A DNA stretch of 62,513 nt, counting the filler, from Sphacelaria rigidula (Eukaryota), in assembly GCA_964200075.2 (NCBI GenBank). It is 9 parts of 9 records of this genome, joined end to end, with 100 filler letters (N's around TTAATTAATTAA, not from the genome) between each part and the next. Parts side by side here need not be neighbours in the genome. Positions count along the whole stretch, not along the records: positions 20,874 to 27,730 come from CAXNAA020017736.1; positions 27,831 to 34,687 come from CAXNAA020017737.1; positions 34,788 to 41,644 come from CAXNAA020017738.1; 6 more parts are not named here. The stretch is one strand, 5' to 3'. Below the pieces are notes generated by a model. It saw nothing but the letters and a program-made list of their open reading frames with translations. It had not been told where the DNA came from and did not search any database. Made by a program: the position numbers and the translations under genes. Numbering within the stretch: position 1 is the stretch's first letter; each line of letters begins with the position of its first letter. This document shows positions 25,831 through 36,220 of this stretch, one piece after another.

Positions 25831-28659
25831 AAGAAAAACAGAAAGTATAAGGAGTTAGGGTACGGTTTGGGATCTTCATTGGTACCGGTAACATATTCAA
25901 ACTCATTGTTGTCGGGCAGTAAGTGGCTCAAACGTCGGATAACACCCCTTCAACCTGAGGTTGTTCCGAGAGGGGATGCGTTGACTTTATCCCCGGGGGG
26001 GGGAGGTGCGAGGGGTGAGGGCAGACAAGGGTTCCAAAGACGTGGGGCGTAGTGAGTACGGTCTCACGATTTTTCCCAGGTGTTGAGGGGCATCGCCAAT
26101 CGTATGTATAAGCTCCTGACGGTGCATGATGACCGTCCGCGTGTTTAGAGAGAGGGTGCAACGATATCTTCTCCGGGGTGTCCGTAACCCCGTCAAAACC
26201 AACGACATGCATCACTAGTCACGGCATATTTGTACGGTTCATATTGATACCGGTCACGTGTTCAGTTTCATTGCCGCCCGGCCGCAAATGCCTCAAACGT
26301 CAGACAACACCCTCCTTTCAGCTGAGATTGTTCAGAGAGGGGATGCGTTGATTTCATCTCAGGCAAAGGGAGTGGGGGAAGAACGGGGTCGTAAGGGGAG
26401 AGGATGTGGTGGATATGTTCTAACAATGCTAACGATGCCCCCCGCGTGGTCGGTGGAATCGCCGTTCGTGTGTAGATGCTCACGTAACTAGCAAAAACGG
26501 TAAAAACGCCTCCATCATGAAAGGAACGGGTAAGAAACAGATTCATCCCCGGTTGGGGAGAAATAGGGGTGGGTGGGTATACATATTTCATCGTTTACAC
26601 GTTCCATCAATGTGTTTGTGTGCTCAGGTGCATCGCCATTCGTGTGTAACGAACGGAAACGGTAGATACCGTGAAAATGGAATTTTTGGCGGGATGCGTA
26701 CCTTAAATCGGAGAATAAGGAATCATCTCTGTCTTCAATACTTCAACTATCCCGAAAAACTTGATGTCATCCAACGTATCGCCATGCGCATCGGGCAAAA
26801 CGGTTGATCCCACCCCTAAATTCACGGTAAAAAGCATCCCCCGGGGACGCTATTTTCTAGTCCCCTGCGCCACCATGCACCCCCCCGCGCCTAGATCCAA
26901 CTTCACCAATGTTATTTATCGACCACTATGCGCCATCTGTTCAATTTTAGGCTCTACATACGTTTCCTTGTGTGCATGTGCTGAACTCGACAATGTTTTG
27001 AACGTGGCCTGGAATAGCGTAGAACTCCCCTCGGGCAATACGCTTACCCTCCCCTCGATACTAAGCAACATGGTCCGGGGAACAATCTCTGGTGGTGGAA
27101 TCGAGCAACACCTACCAAGCTCTCGATATCTTCCCCTCCCACCGAGCGGGAAATGTATACATCACGTTGTTCATCACTCGTAACAGGCACGCAATGGATT
27201 GCCCGGTGACTCTACATTTGACATGCTCCAATTTTATCGGACGACTATAAGGTATTTATCTAGACGGGTGCTTTGTACAGGCTGGTTTGCGGTAAATGCC
27301 CGAAATGTTTGCCCACTAGATTCAGAACGCAAAAACTGATCCGATATAAACATCTTCGGTATCCAGTGACCCTCACGAGCAAGCGAGCAGTGTGACATGG
27401 CCAGATATTTTCTTCCGCCCTTTGACGTAGTGCTGGTAGGGAAAATTTCTCTAGACTAATCGGCGGCCTTCAAATTGTTCTGAAATTCAGAGTGCGATTT
27501 TCTAGCTCGATTTTCACCCAATTTCATGACGATTCAAACTTCATTAACCGCCACTAGCTGGGGAAATTCCCACAAAACACAGATTTGAAAATGTTTTGAA
27601 TGGGATCGAGTGATACCCAAAGACGTGGTGTTTCGGTAAATGTGGCGTTTTGGCGCCGTTGGATTCCCACTGATAAATACAAATGCCCCCGTTCCCCGTC
27701 CTCCAGCGAAGGCCATGACCGGTCTTGTCGNNNNNNNNNNNNNNNNNNNNNNNNNNNNNNNNNNNNNNNNNNNNTTAATTAATTAANNNNNNNNNNNNNN
27801 NNNNNNNNNNNNNNNNNNNNNNNNNNNNNNCCGTTGCTGCTTTCAACGACGATCTGACTCCAAATTTCGAGCAACAAATGGCCCAAAATACCCCCCCCTA
27901 TCGTAGGATGACTCTCGTGTTCGAATTAGAGATTTTGATATGGCCAAGGTAATTGTGGTATAGATTGTTTGAACAAAACAACCATGCTTTATCGACAGCC
28001 ACCCGATAGTTGAAATTACGAACCTCCATGTGACGACGAAGGTATTCCGATTATTATGTACAATAAAAGGGTACCCTACCGGTCGGCTACCGTCACCAAG
28101 AACCGAATGCTCACCCTCCTCAGTTTTTTATAGAAAACAAAATTCCGCTCCGGACCCCAAGCAGTGGGTTTTCATTTGTCCCGATCATCTTCCAAGCCAT
28201 CGTTGGGCTCTATATTATCAAATGATTGCACACACAGACGGCATGTTATTGCCAGGTGGCTGGTGAATCTCAGACCAAGAAAAGATTCGAGTTGAAATTT
28301 GACTCATCGACCGCGGTGCGGGTAGTCCATCTGGATGACACATACTTATTTCAAGTGAAAACTGATGCCGATCCAGCTGGTGACCCATCTTCGCGGTCTA
28401 AGGGGGTGTACTCATGATCATGCTTGCCATAGTCATAAGACCATTGACCTCGCATCCCTACAAAGCCGGGACGGAGCACGCCGGGTTTTCGCCGGACCAG
28501 GCGGGTTTTCGCGGTCTAAGGGAGGGACCTAAAGAAATGTTCGTAGATAATGGTTGATGGGGAACATCATGGAATGTTACAAACTAATACTAACACTAAT
28601 CCTAACCCTAACCCCGACATGAGGCGCACAAGACCCTCGGGCGACGAGGGTGCACAGAA

Positions 28660-29076
28660 GAGTGGATTTTCGAAAGTGGGATTGAAAATAAAATGAGGTT
28701 CACCTCAAAAGCCATGCTTTCCCTGACCTTTTATCATGACAAATGACTTTTGCATGGACGACTTCATCCCTCCCGACCCCCCTGAAACTATTCCGGGGGA
28801 TTTATAGCCTTCCGTTCCCCCAAAGGACATGTGCGAAAGCACACTCATGCCTCAATTTCGGGGTGAAAAAAGGACGCTTCATGCATACAAAGTCATGCCT
28901 TCGCACAGACCCTTTGGGGAGACGGAAGGCTAAATATCCCCGGAAATAGGTTTAGGGAGGTCATGACGGAAAAGGACGTCCATGTTAAATTCATTAGACA
29001 TTCACTTAGGTCAGGGAAAGCACACTTGAAGTTGAACCTCATTTCTTGCTTCAACCCCATTTTCGAGACTCCACTG
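28660..29076. mobile_element. Degenerate palindromic (foldback) MITE
   Basis: Arms AGTGGATTTTCGAAAGTGGGATTGAA...GCTTTCCCTGACCT...TAGCCTTCCGTTCCCCCAAAGG mirror CCTTTGGGGAGACGGAAGGCTA...AGGTCAGGGAAAGC...TTCAACCCCATTTTCGAGACTCCACT. Confidence 0.7.
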
Positions 29077-30926
29077 TTATAGATTCCTCTAGGCAAAGTG
29101 TGCGTTGGCAGATTTCAAATCGTCGCGGCAGGCGCCGATTTCTACAACATGTTCTGGACAAGCCGGATCCACTGCTCACCTGTCTCAAACCGTATTTCTT
29201 TTCAAAACTTGATCAAATCTAAATTGAGCAGTCATCCGTGTCAACCATTATTGTGCACGAACATTTCCTGAGGTCTACTGCTCTAAGGGTCAACGAGCCT
29301 CTATTTCTGCTACAAGCCAAAGTGTCGTGAAACAATTTTAAAGGCGCGTGTGATCGTCGCGTTCGAATAAACTGGTCGCTATCAATCGCATCTTCAACTC
29401 TCAATCTCACGAAAACATTGTTGTCCAGGTTCTCCTCCGATCGAGTTGGGTTGTGTGGAGAGACTGTGCTTTGTGCCCCTGTCAACAGGACATCTATATT
29501 CTCGTTGAAGGTCTTCACAAACCACCCTCGACATAAGGGTTTCAGGTGGTGTCTCCACGGCCTGATATCGTTTTTAAATGATTGGTTACCGCATTGCGCC
29601 ACTGCGCCATCCCAGGAGCATTGTGGTTGCCACAGGACCATTGTTTTCGTGTGAAAAAACCTGCGCACACATGATTTGTCGTGAAAATCAGCAACGATCA
29701 AAAATGTAGGAGAAAATGTCGGGAAAAGAGCTCAATTTTTTTGTCCACAGCAGTAACGTGCGTTGGCGAGAAAGGTGAGCTTCGAGGGGCGGAGAGTGGT
29801 CAACAGTGGACATTGTGGACAAAAGGGGTACAAAAATGCCAAGGGGTGGGTATACTCATGATCTTGCATGCCGTCATCATGAGACCATCGATCTCGCACC
29901 CCCACAAAGCCGGGAAGGAGCAGTCCAGGTTTTAGCCGGACTAGGCTCGCGATCACAAGACGCCAAGCGCCGTGAAAGGGTTCAGGAACAAAAACGATCT
30001 ATCGCCCGCAACGTTATCAAACAGAAGGGGTCCTTCTTCGTACCCCGCGTTGCCCACGGCAATGTTTGACTCATAGAGGCCCTCGAAAGTTGGTCAACGT
30101 TGCTTCGCGTACTCCGCCTAGACCGCGTTCGTCTTGCCTTTGCGTCAGTATTCTATTGAGATCGATGCCAGAGGAGCACAAGGAGAGTCCCAACTTGTAT
30201 TTGGTCACTACCGTCCTTTGGCTGAACTGGGAATGGGTCTACCCACTTTTGGCTTTTGTTTCCCGTTCGTCTTACCAATAAACCATGTCATTTCTCGGAA
30301 TGATGCCGGAGTCTCGACGGATCGACGCATTTGTCTTCTGGTACCCTATTACGTATCCGACATTTTGGTACCCTACATTGGACCTTCACTGTCGTACTCC
30401 TTCGACTCGCGTGGAATAGTTCCCGCTACTCAGACCTACATTTTCCCAGAGACAGGAATCAGATACAAGAGGAAAGTCTGAATCTGCCAGTACTCCAACC
30501 CTCACCTTTCGCCCATGCTGATTCCAGAGGAAGCAATTGCGTCAGTACGACGCGGCACTACGAGGTATGACTAGAACTGACCGTTCTACAAGGTAACCTA
30601 CCGAAAGTACTGAGGCAACCAAAAGAGGTATGCCATGGGATCGAAGAGACGAAAATCAGCCAAAATGACTAAACCCATGCCACGGGAAACATGGCTGAAG
30701 ATGATCAGCGATGACACAATAATCTACGAACATGATGAGGCGGCCACCACCTCTCACAGCCACCACCGTCTAGCCACAGTGGCACGGTACCACCCAGAAA
30801 CAACCAGACTGATTTTTATCGCGGAGATTTGTGCGAAACACGACCTCCAAATATATGGATGCTGTTAACTTGCGCTATGCTAAGCATTAGCCGGGACAAG
30901 GGGCGTACACGGTCCCTGTCATCAAG

Positions 30927-33656
30927 CTACCCCTCTCGCGGGCGGGATAAGGATGCGGGCACGTGTCCACAGGGGGCAGACACGCCCAACTCTAACTTCA
31001 CGTTCGCTCCATCTTTACCCGCTGCCACAACAAATACCGGCTCCACTTGCGCTCCCCGGCGTAGCCGCTTCGTGCCCATTCCAATGGAGATGCTACTAGC
31101 CCAGCTCGTTTCCATAGCCGTGCCTCTGGAGCTACCATTGTCCATGCTGTCGCAACTGCTGAGTTGCGCAGTGAGTAGTTTGCCGTTATTTCTCACCACC
31201 TCCGGAACTCGCGCAGGTTCAGCAGTCGTCTTCACTTCCAAGTTCATGCGCGTCTCTGCCGAATCGAAAGGAACCCAATCTGCTGCCGCCGCATCAGGGG
31301 GCTGCCCCAGGGCGGCAGGCGGTGTTGGTGTAACAATTCCACCCCGTCGCCTGGCACGGATGGGTCGCGACCTGAGACGACCATGAATGTCGCGGTCACC
31401 ATCGTTCGCATTAGGACCGGCATCCGATGAATTGCTGCGTCCTTCACCGCGTCCATCGGTACCGACACTAGTCTCTCCCACGGTCAAGTCATCGGTCAGG
31501 TGGTATTTTTCTTGGACATGTCCTGCTGCATTAGACGACACAGCCAATTCCAGTTCAGCATGGACGCAGGTGTTCCCGTGTTCCCGAACCCGGTCGACAC
31601 AGCGATGCGAGGCGGATTGATGATCCATGTCCGTCTGGACGTGTATGGCGCACAACTCCGTCTTCCTGCCACAGGCTACACTGAACCATGATCGTTTTGA
31701 GCAGCGCTCCTCATGGCACCGCGTAGTGTTCACGCCAACCATGTCCGCTTGCCCGTGTGTGGCGCACAACTTCTTCATTTTGCCACCGGCGGCACCGAAG
31801 GATGGTTGTTTGAAGCAGCCTCCCTTGACGCACCATCTGGTTTTTACTTGAACAGTGCCCGCGGGGGCATGTGTGGCGCAAAACTCCCCCTTCTCGCCAC
31901 TCAGTGCATCGAACGAAGGGTGTTTGGAGCAGTCCTCCTTGTCGCACCGCTTGTTTTTCACATCAACCATGCCAGCTGGGGCGTGCGCGGCGAAAACCTG
32001 CGCCTTCCTGCCGCCGGGTGAATCGAACGATGGTTGTTTGGAGCAGCCTTCCTTGCCACACGGCTTGCCTACTGTAGTGACCACGCCTGTCGGGGTGTGT
32101 GCGACGAACAACTCTGCTTTCCAGACTCCGGCTGCACCGAAGGATGATTGTTTGAAGCAGCCATCCTTACCGCACCGCTTGATCGTCACGCCAACCATGC
32201 CAGGCGGGGCGTGTGCGGCGCAAAACTCCGCCTTTTTGCCACTTGCTGTACCGCACGATGGTCGTTTGGAGCAGCCGTCCTCACCGCACTGCTTGCTTCT
32301 CACGTCGACCATGCCAGCCGCGGCGTGTGCGGCGCAAACCTGCGCCTTCCTGCCGCTGGGTGAACCGAACGATCGTCGTTTGGAAAATCCTTCCTCGCCA
32401 CACGGCTTGCCCACCATAGTGACCATGCCTACCGGGGCGTGTGTGGCGCAGAATTTTGCTTTCCTGTCTCCGGCTGTACCGAACGACGGGAGTTTGGAGC
32501 AGCCCTCCTTGCCGCACCGCTTGTGCTTCGCGTTAACCATGCCTACCGGGGCGTGTGTGGCGCAGAACTCCGCTTTTCTGCCACCCAATGCACCGAAAGA
32601 TGATTGTTTGGAGCAGCCCTCCTTGCCGCACCGCTGGCTCTTCACGTTAACCATACCCGCTAGGGCGTGTGTGGCGCAGAACCCCGCCTTCCTGCCACCC
32701 AATGCACCGAACGAAGGGTATTTGAGGCAACCCTCCTTGCCGCACCGCTTGTTCTTCACGTTAACCATACCCGCTAGGGCGTGTGTGGCGCAGAACTCCG
32801 CCTTCCTGTCCCCCAATGCACCGAACGAAGGATATTTGAGGCAACCCTCCTTGCCGCACCGCTTGTTCTTCACGTTAACCATACCCGCTAGGGCGTGTGT
32901 GGCGCAGAAATCCGCCTTCCTGTCCCCCAATGCACCGAACGAAGGGTATTTGAGGCAGCCCTCCTTGCCGCACCGCTTGTTTTTCACGTCAACCATGCCA
33001 GCGGGGGGGGGTGTGGCGCAGAACTCCGCCTTCCTGCCTCGAGCTGCACCGAAAGATGATTGTTTCGAGCAGCCCTCCTTGCCGCACCACTTGTGCTTTA
33101 TATCAACCATGCCAGCCGCGGCGTGTGTGGCGCAGAACTTCGCCTTTCTGCTACCGGCTGCACCGAACGAAGGGTATTTGAAGCAGCCCTCCTTGCCGCA
33201 CTGCTTTTTCTTCGCGTTAACCATGCCCGCCGGGGCGTGTGTGGTACAGAACTTCGCCTTTCCGCCCCCAGCTGTGCCGAACGATGGGGATTTGAAGCAG
33301 CCCTCCTTGCCGCACCGCCTGGTCTTCACTTCGTTCATGCCCGCCGGGGCGTGTGTGGGGTAGAACTCCGCCTTCCTGCCACCCAATGCACCGAACGAAG
33401 GGTATTTGAGGCAGCCCTCCTTGCCGCACCGCTGGCTCTTCACGTTAATCATACCCGCTAGGGCGTGTGTGGCGCAGAACTCAGCCTTCCTGCCAACCAA
33501 TGCACCGAACGAAGGGTATTTGAGGCAGCCCTCCTTGCCGCACCGCATATTTTTTAAGTCAACCATGCCAGCGGGGGGGGGTGTGGCGCAGATCTCTTTC
33601 GTCCTGCTATCGGCTGTACCGGACGACAAGTATTCGAAGCAGCCTGCATCAAACAA
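30927..33656 (-). CDS. EsV-1-7 cysteine-rich repeat protein (~18 repeats plus low-complexity C-terminus); first in-frame ATG at 33566
   Basis: 909-codon open frame. The 38-aa unit GMVxVKxKRCGKEGCxKxPSFGxxGxRKAEFCATHA fits the C-x4-C-x16-C-x2-H EsV-1-7 motif known from brown algae (e.g. IMMEDIATE UPRIGHT) and phaeovirus EsV-1. Confidence 0.9.
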   Translation of the reverse strand: MFDAGCFEYLSSGTADSRTKEICATPPPAGMVDLKNMRCGKEGCLKYPSFGALVGRKAEFCATHALAGMINVKSQRCGKEGCLKYPSFGALGGRKAEFYPTHAPAGMNEVKTRRCGKEGCFKSPSFGTAGGGKAKFCTTHAPAGMVNAKKKQCGKEGCFKYPSFGAAGSRKAKFCATHAAAGMVDIKHKWCGKEGCSKQSSFGAARGRKAEFCATPPPAGMVDVKNKRCGKEGCLKYPSFGALGDRKADFCATHALAGMVNVKNKRCGKEGCLKYPSFGALGDRKAEFCATHALAGMVNVKNKRCGKEGCLKYPSFGALGGRKAGFCATHALAGMVNVKSQRCGKEGCSKQSSFGALGGRKAEFCATHAPVGMVNAKHKRCGKEGCSKLPSFGTAGDRKAKFCATHAPVGMVTMVGKPCGEEGFSKRRSFGSPSGRKAQVCAAHAAAGMVDVRSKQCGEDGCSKRPSCGTASGKKAEFCAAHAPPGMVGVTIKRCGKDGCFKQSSFGAAGVWKAELFVAHTPTGVVTTVGKPCGKEGCSKQPSFDSPGGRKAQVFAAHAPAGMVDVKNKRCDKEDCSKHPSFDALSGEKGEFCATHAPAGTVQVKTRWCVKGGCFKQPSFGAAGGKMKKLCATHGQADMVGVNTTRCHEERCSKRSWFSVACGRKTELCAIHVQTDMDHQSASHRCVDRVREHGNTCVHAELELAVSSNAAGHVQEKYHLTDDLTVGETSVGTDGRGEGRSNSSDAGPNANDGDRDIHGRLRSRPIRARRRGGIVTPTPPAALGQPPDAAAADWVPFDSAETRMNLEVKTTAEPARVPEVVRNNGKLLTAQLSSCDSMDNGSSRGTAMETSWASSISIGMGTKRLRRGAQVEPVFVVAAGKDGANVKLELGVSAPCGHVPASLSRPREG
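31630..33650. repeat. 114-bp coding tandem repeat array
   Basis: GCACCGAACGAAGG recurs at 32704, 32818 and 32932 (114-bp period); units diverge more toward both ends of the array. Confidence 0.95.
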
Positions 33657-34169
33657 CCAGCGCAGATAATCATATTTCGTGCCAATGTGTATGGGAGGTA
33701 CATCGGCATTATAGCATCTTGGTCAACAATGGGACGTAGGCTAGAGTAGACGACAGCTTAAACGTGGAGTCAGCAGGCGAGAACAATATCCATTACGACA
33801 TGGTCGCTTCAGGCGGTACGGTGCATCTTCATAAGGATCACAGTTTCGATGCTGTGACTGCAGCACAGACGATTTGACAAGGGGAGGGGTATTCAACTCT
33901 GAACATGTAGAGAACTCTTCACTGTTGGTGACCCCACATAAGACCGGGTTGATCCATGCCGAGTGAGGCGGCCTCAAAATGTATCGACAACGACGTACGA
34001 CCATTTCACGGGTTCTACGGATAAGACCGAACCGGCCTCATGTCGGGTCAAAAAGCTGCACGTGCTCTCCAGATTGACGGAGAATAGGATCACCACATTG
34101 GATTACTTCATTGATGGCGTGGCTTCATTTCTGCGGTGATACGCACCCCTCCATGATGGGTAAAATGAG

Positions 34170-34687
34170 TTGCGTAGACCATGTGTACACACTAAGTAAG
34201 ATTATTCAGGGTAGGAAAGACCGGGCGGACAACGTAATGTTTCTTTTTGGACGTGCAGAAGACATATGACAGTATGGAGAAATGGGTTGTGGAAGAAGTT
34301 GTGGCAAGCTGGGATCAGAGGAAAGATGTGGAGAATGGTGAAGAAGATGACAGACTGTGCCAAAAGTGCCATGGTACTAGACGGGGGAATATACCAATAT
34401 TTCGATATCTTACAAAGAGTTGCACAAGGATGTACGTTATCTCCCACTTTGTTCAAGGTAATAATCAATGACTTGATGAAAGCAATAGAAGCAGTAAAGC
34501 AAGGGGTAAAGGCGGGTGAAGATGTGATATCAGGATTGATGTTCGCGGATGATTTCGGGGGGATTTCAGAAACGCCAGAAGGACTACAGACACAGATACA
34601 CAAGGCGCTAGAATACACGAGGAAATGGAGAGTGACAGCGAACGTCAACAAATGCACGGTACTCGTCTGTAACGAAGAACGCGTAGT
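34170..34687 (+). mobile_element. LINE family 2 reverse transcriptase fragment
   Basis: CVDHVYTL, DVQKTYD, VWRNGLWKKL, VAQGCTLSPTLF, LMFADDF and KWRVTANVNKC motifs with frameshifts; cut by contig end. Confidence 0.9.
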
Positions 34688-34874
34688 NNNNNNNNNNNNN
34701 NNNNNNNNNNNNNNNNNNNNNNNNNNNNNNNTTAATTAATTAANNNNNNNNNNNNNNNNNNNNNNNNNNNNNNNNNNNNNNNNNNNNGTATATATTGTCC
34801 GATGCGCTCCGCGCTATGGTTGCTTCTCGTTGTGAAGATACTCGGGAGGGATATAAACGGATACCCGCTCGATG

Positions 34875-35185
34875 TTTTTTTTTTTGTCGCACTCTGAACT
34901 ATTACCCTTCTTCGAGATGGGTTCGTGGTCTCAAGGGATCAACCCATCTCTCCCCCGGTACGCACTTTGCATTTTGGTCTCGCGGATTGGATCATGACCA
35001 TCAGCACTCCCGCACCGCGTCAACTCACGTCAAACAAACTCAGTCAACGATTTTGTTTACTCACGTTCTCACGCTTCCCACAGTGAAAATCGAACATTAC
35101 GAAGAAAACCCCCAACGCATCGAGAATAGAACCCTCGTTCTCTCCACCCTAATTGCGATAGTCGGGCCATTACACCACCGGGGCG
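34875..35185 (-). mobile_element. tRNA-derived SINE family 2
   Basis: Matches 14014-14315; poly-T (poly-A on the element strand) at 34875-34885. Confidence 0.85.
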
Positions 35186-36220
35186 CGGCATGTTAGGGTA
35201 GAATAACAAGGATCGCCTCATTCTCGCCGGAATGACAAAAACAAATGCGCGGACATGAAAGCATGTGAGATGTCTCAAACTATTTCACACGTCGGACAGC
35301 TCGTGAGTGATTCTACGGTAGGGGTGCACATATATTTTCTGAGGTAAGAATTGTTAAGAACCCTTCAACTCATCCAAAACACGAGTTATGAAAATATGCG
35401 AGAGTACGCCAGGATTACTATTCCAATGTGCTGGGAATATCCCGAATAAATCTGCAGACGGGGATGCCCTGACTCATATTCTTGTTGTGCGTCTAGCATC
35501 TTTTCAGGAGCCCGTGAACCAGACAAAATATCGCGAAAAAGGTGCACCCCTACCGTAGCATTGCTCTCATGATCTACCTTGAATAACCAATCGAAGAAGA
35601 ATCTTGGACCCCTTGTCCAAGAGCAAAATATACGTGACAGCGGGATCTGAGAAGCCAAAGGGCTACCTTTGCGCTACTTCGCGTGCTCGGCGCTCAGCGA
35701 TGCCGGGAGAAAATGTGGGAAACGGGGTCGAATGAGCTAGCTCGTAATTCGGATCAGTGCAAAAGTAAGAAGTGATATTTAGGTAGCTCATGCGCTGCCC
35801 GGTGTGTGAAATAGTTTGACACCCTGCACAATATATAGTCAACAGCTGCAATAGACCAAAACTGTACCGGGTCTAGCAAGTACAGGCCTATTGCATTGTA
35901 ATTATTGTCGACCGGCAATAGTTGTAATAGGCCTATACTTAATCTGGTATTTTTTTGTTCTACTGAATCTAGTGACCATATATCGCCATTATCCAGGGTG
36001 TGAAAATATTTCAACCATTGCTGAGCTGAGTTGTGACTAGTTGGCAATAGTTCGAGGACGTATTGATGGAAACGCACCACAGTCTGCACCTTGTCGATCA
36101 GTAACTAGTTAGCGTAGATATTTGAATACTCACAGCAATGTGCTCAGCGGTGCCTTTTTACTTGGCACTGTACCGGCGACGTTTTCCCAGCATGCACCTC
36201 TTCTAGTAGCCTGAGAAGTA

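Noticed and set aside
31855-33363. 502-aa plus-strand ORF antisense to the EsV-1-7 gene
   Set aside because: Shadow frame: a stop-free 114-bp unit repeated in tandem stays open on the opposite strand. The minus strand carries the recognisable motif.
31630-33650. Possible CRISPR-like array
   Set aside because: Units are contiguous, codon-phased coding repeats with no unique spacers and no cas genes.
35386-36100. Possible copia integrase remnant (KYFHTLDNG, STPFPTFSPGIAERR) on the minus strand
   Set aside because: The motifs are short, in different frames and irregularly spaced; not supportable without a profile search.
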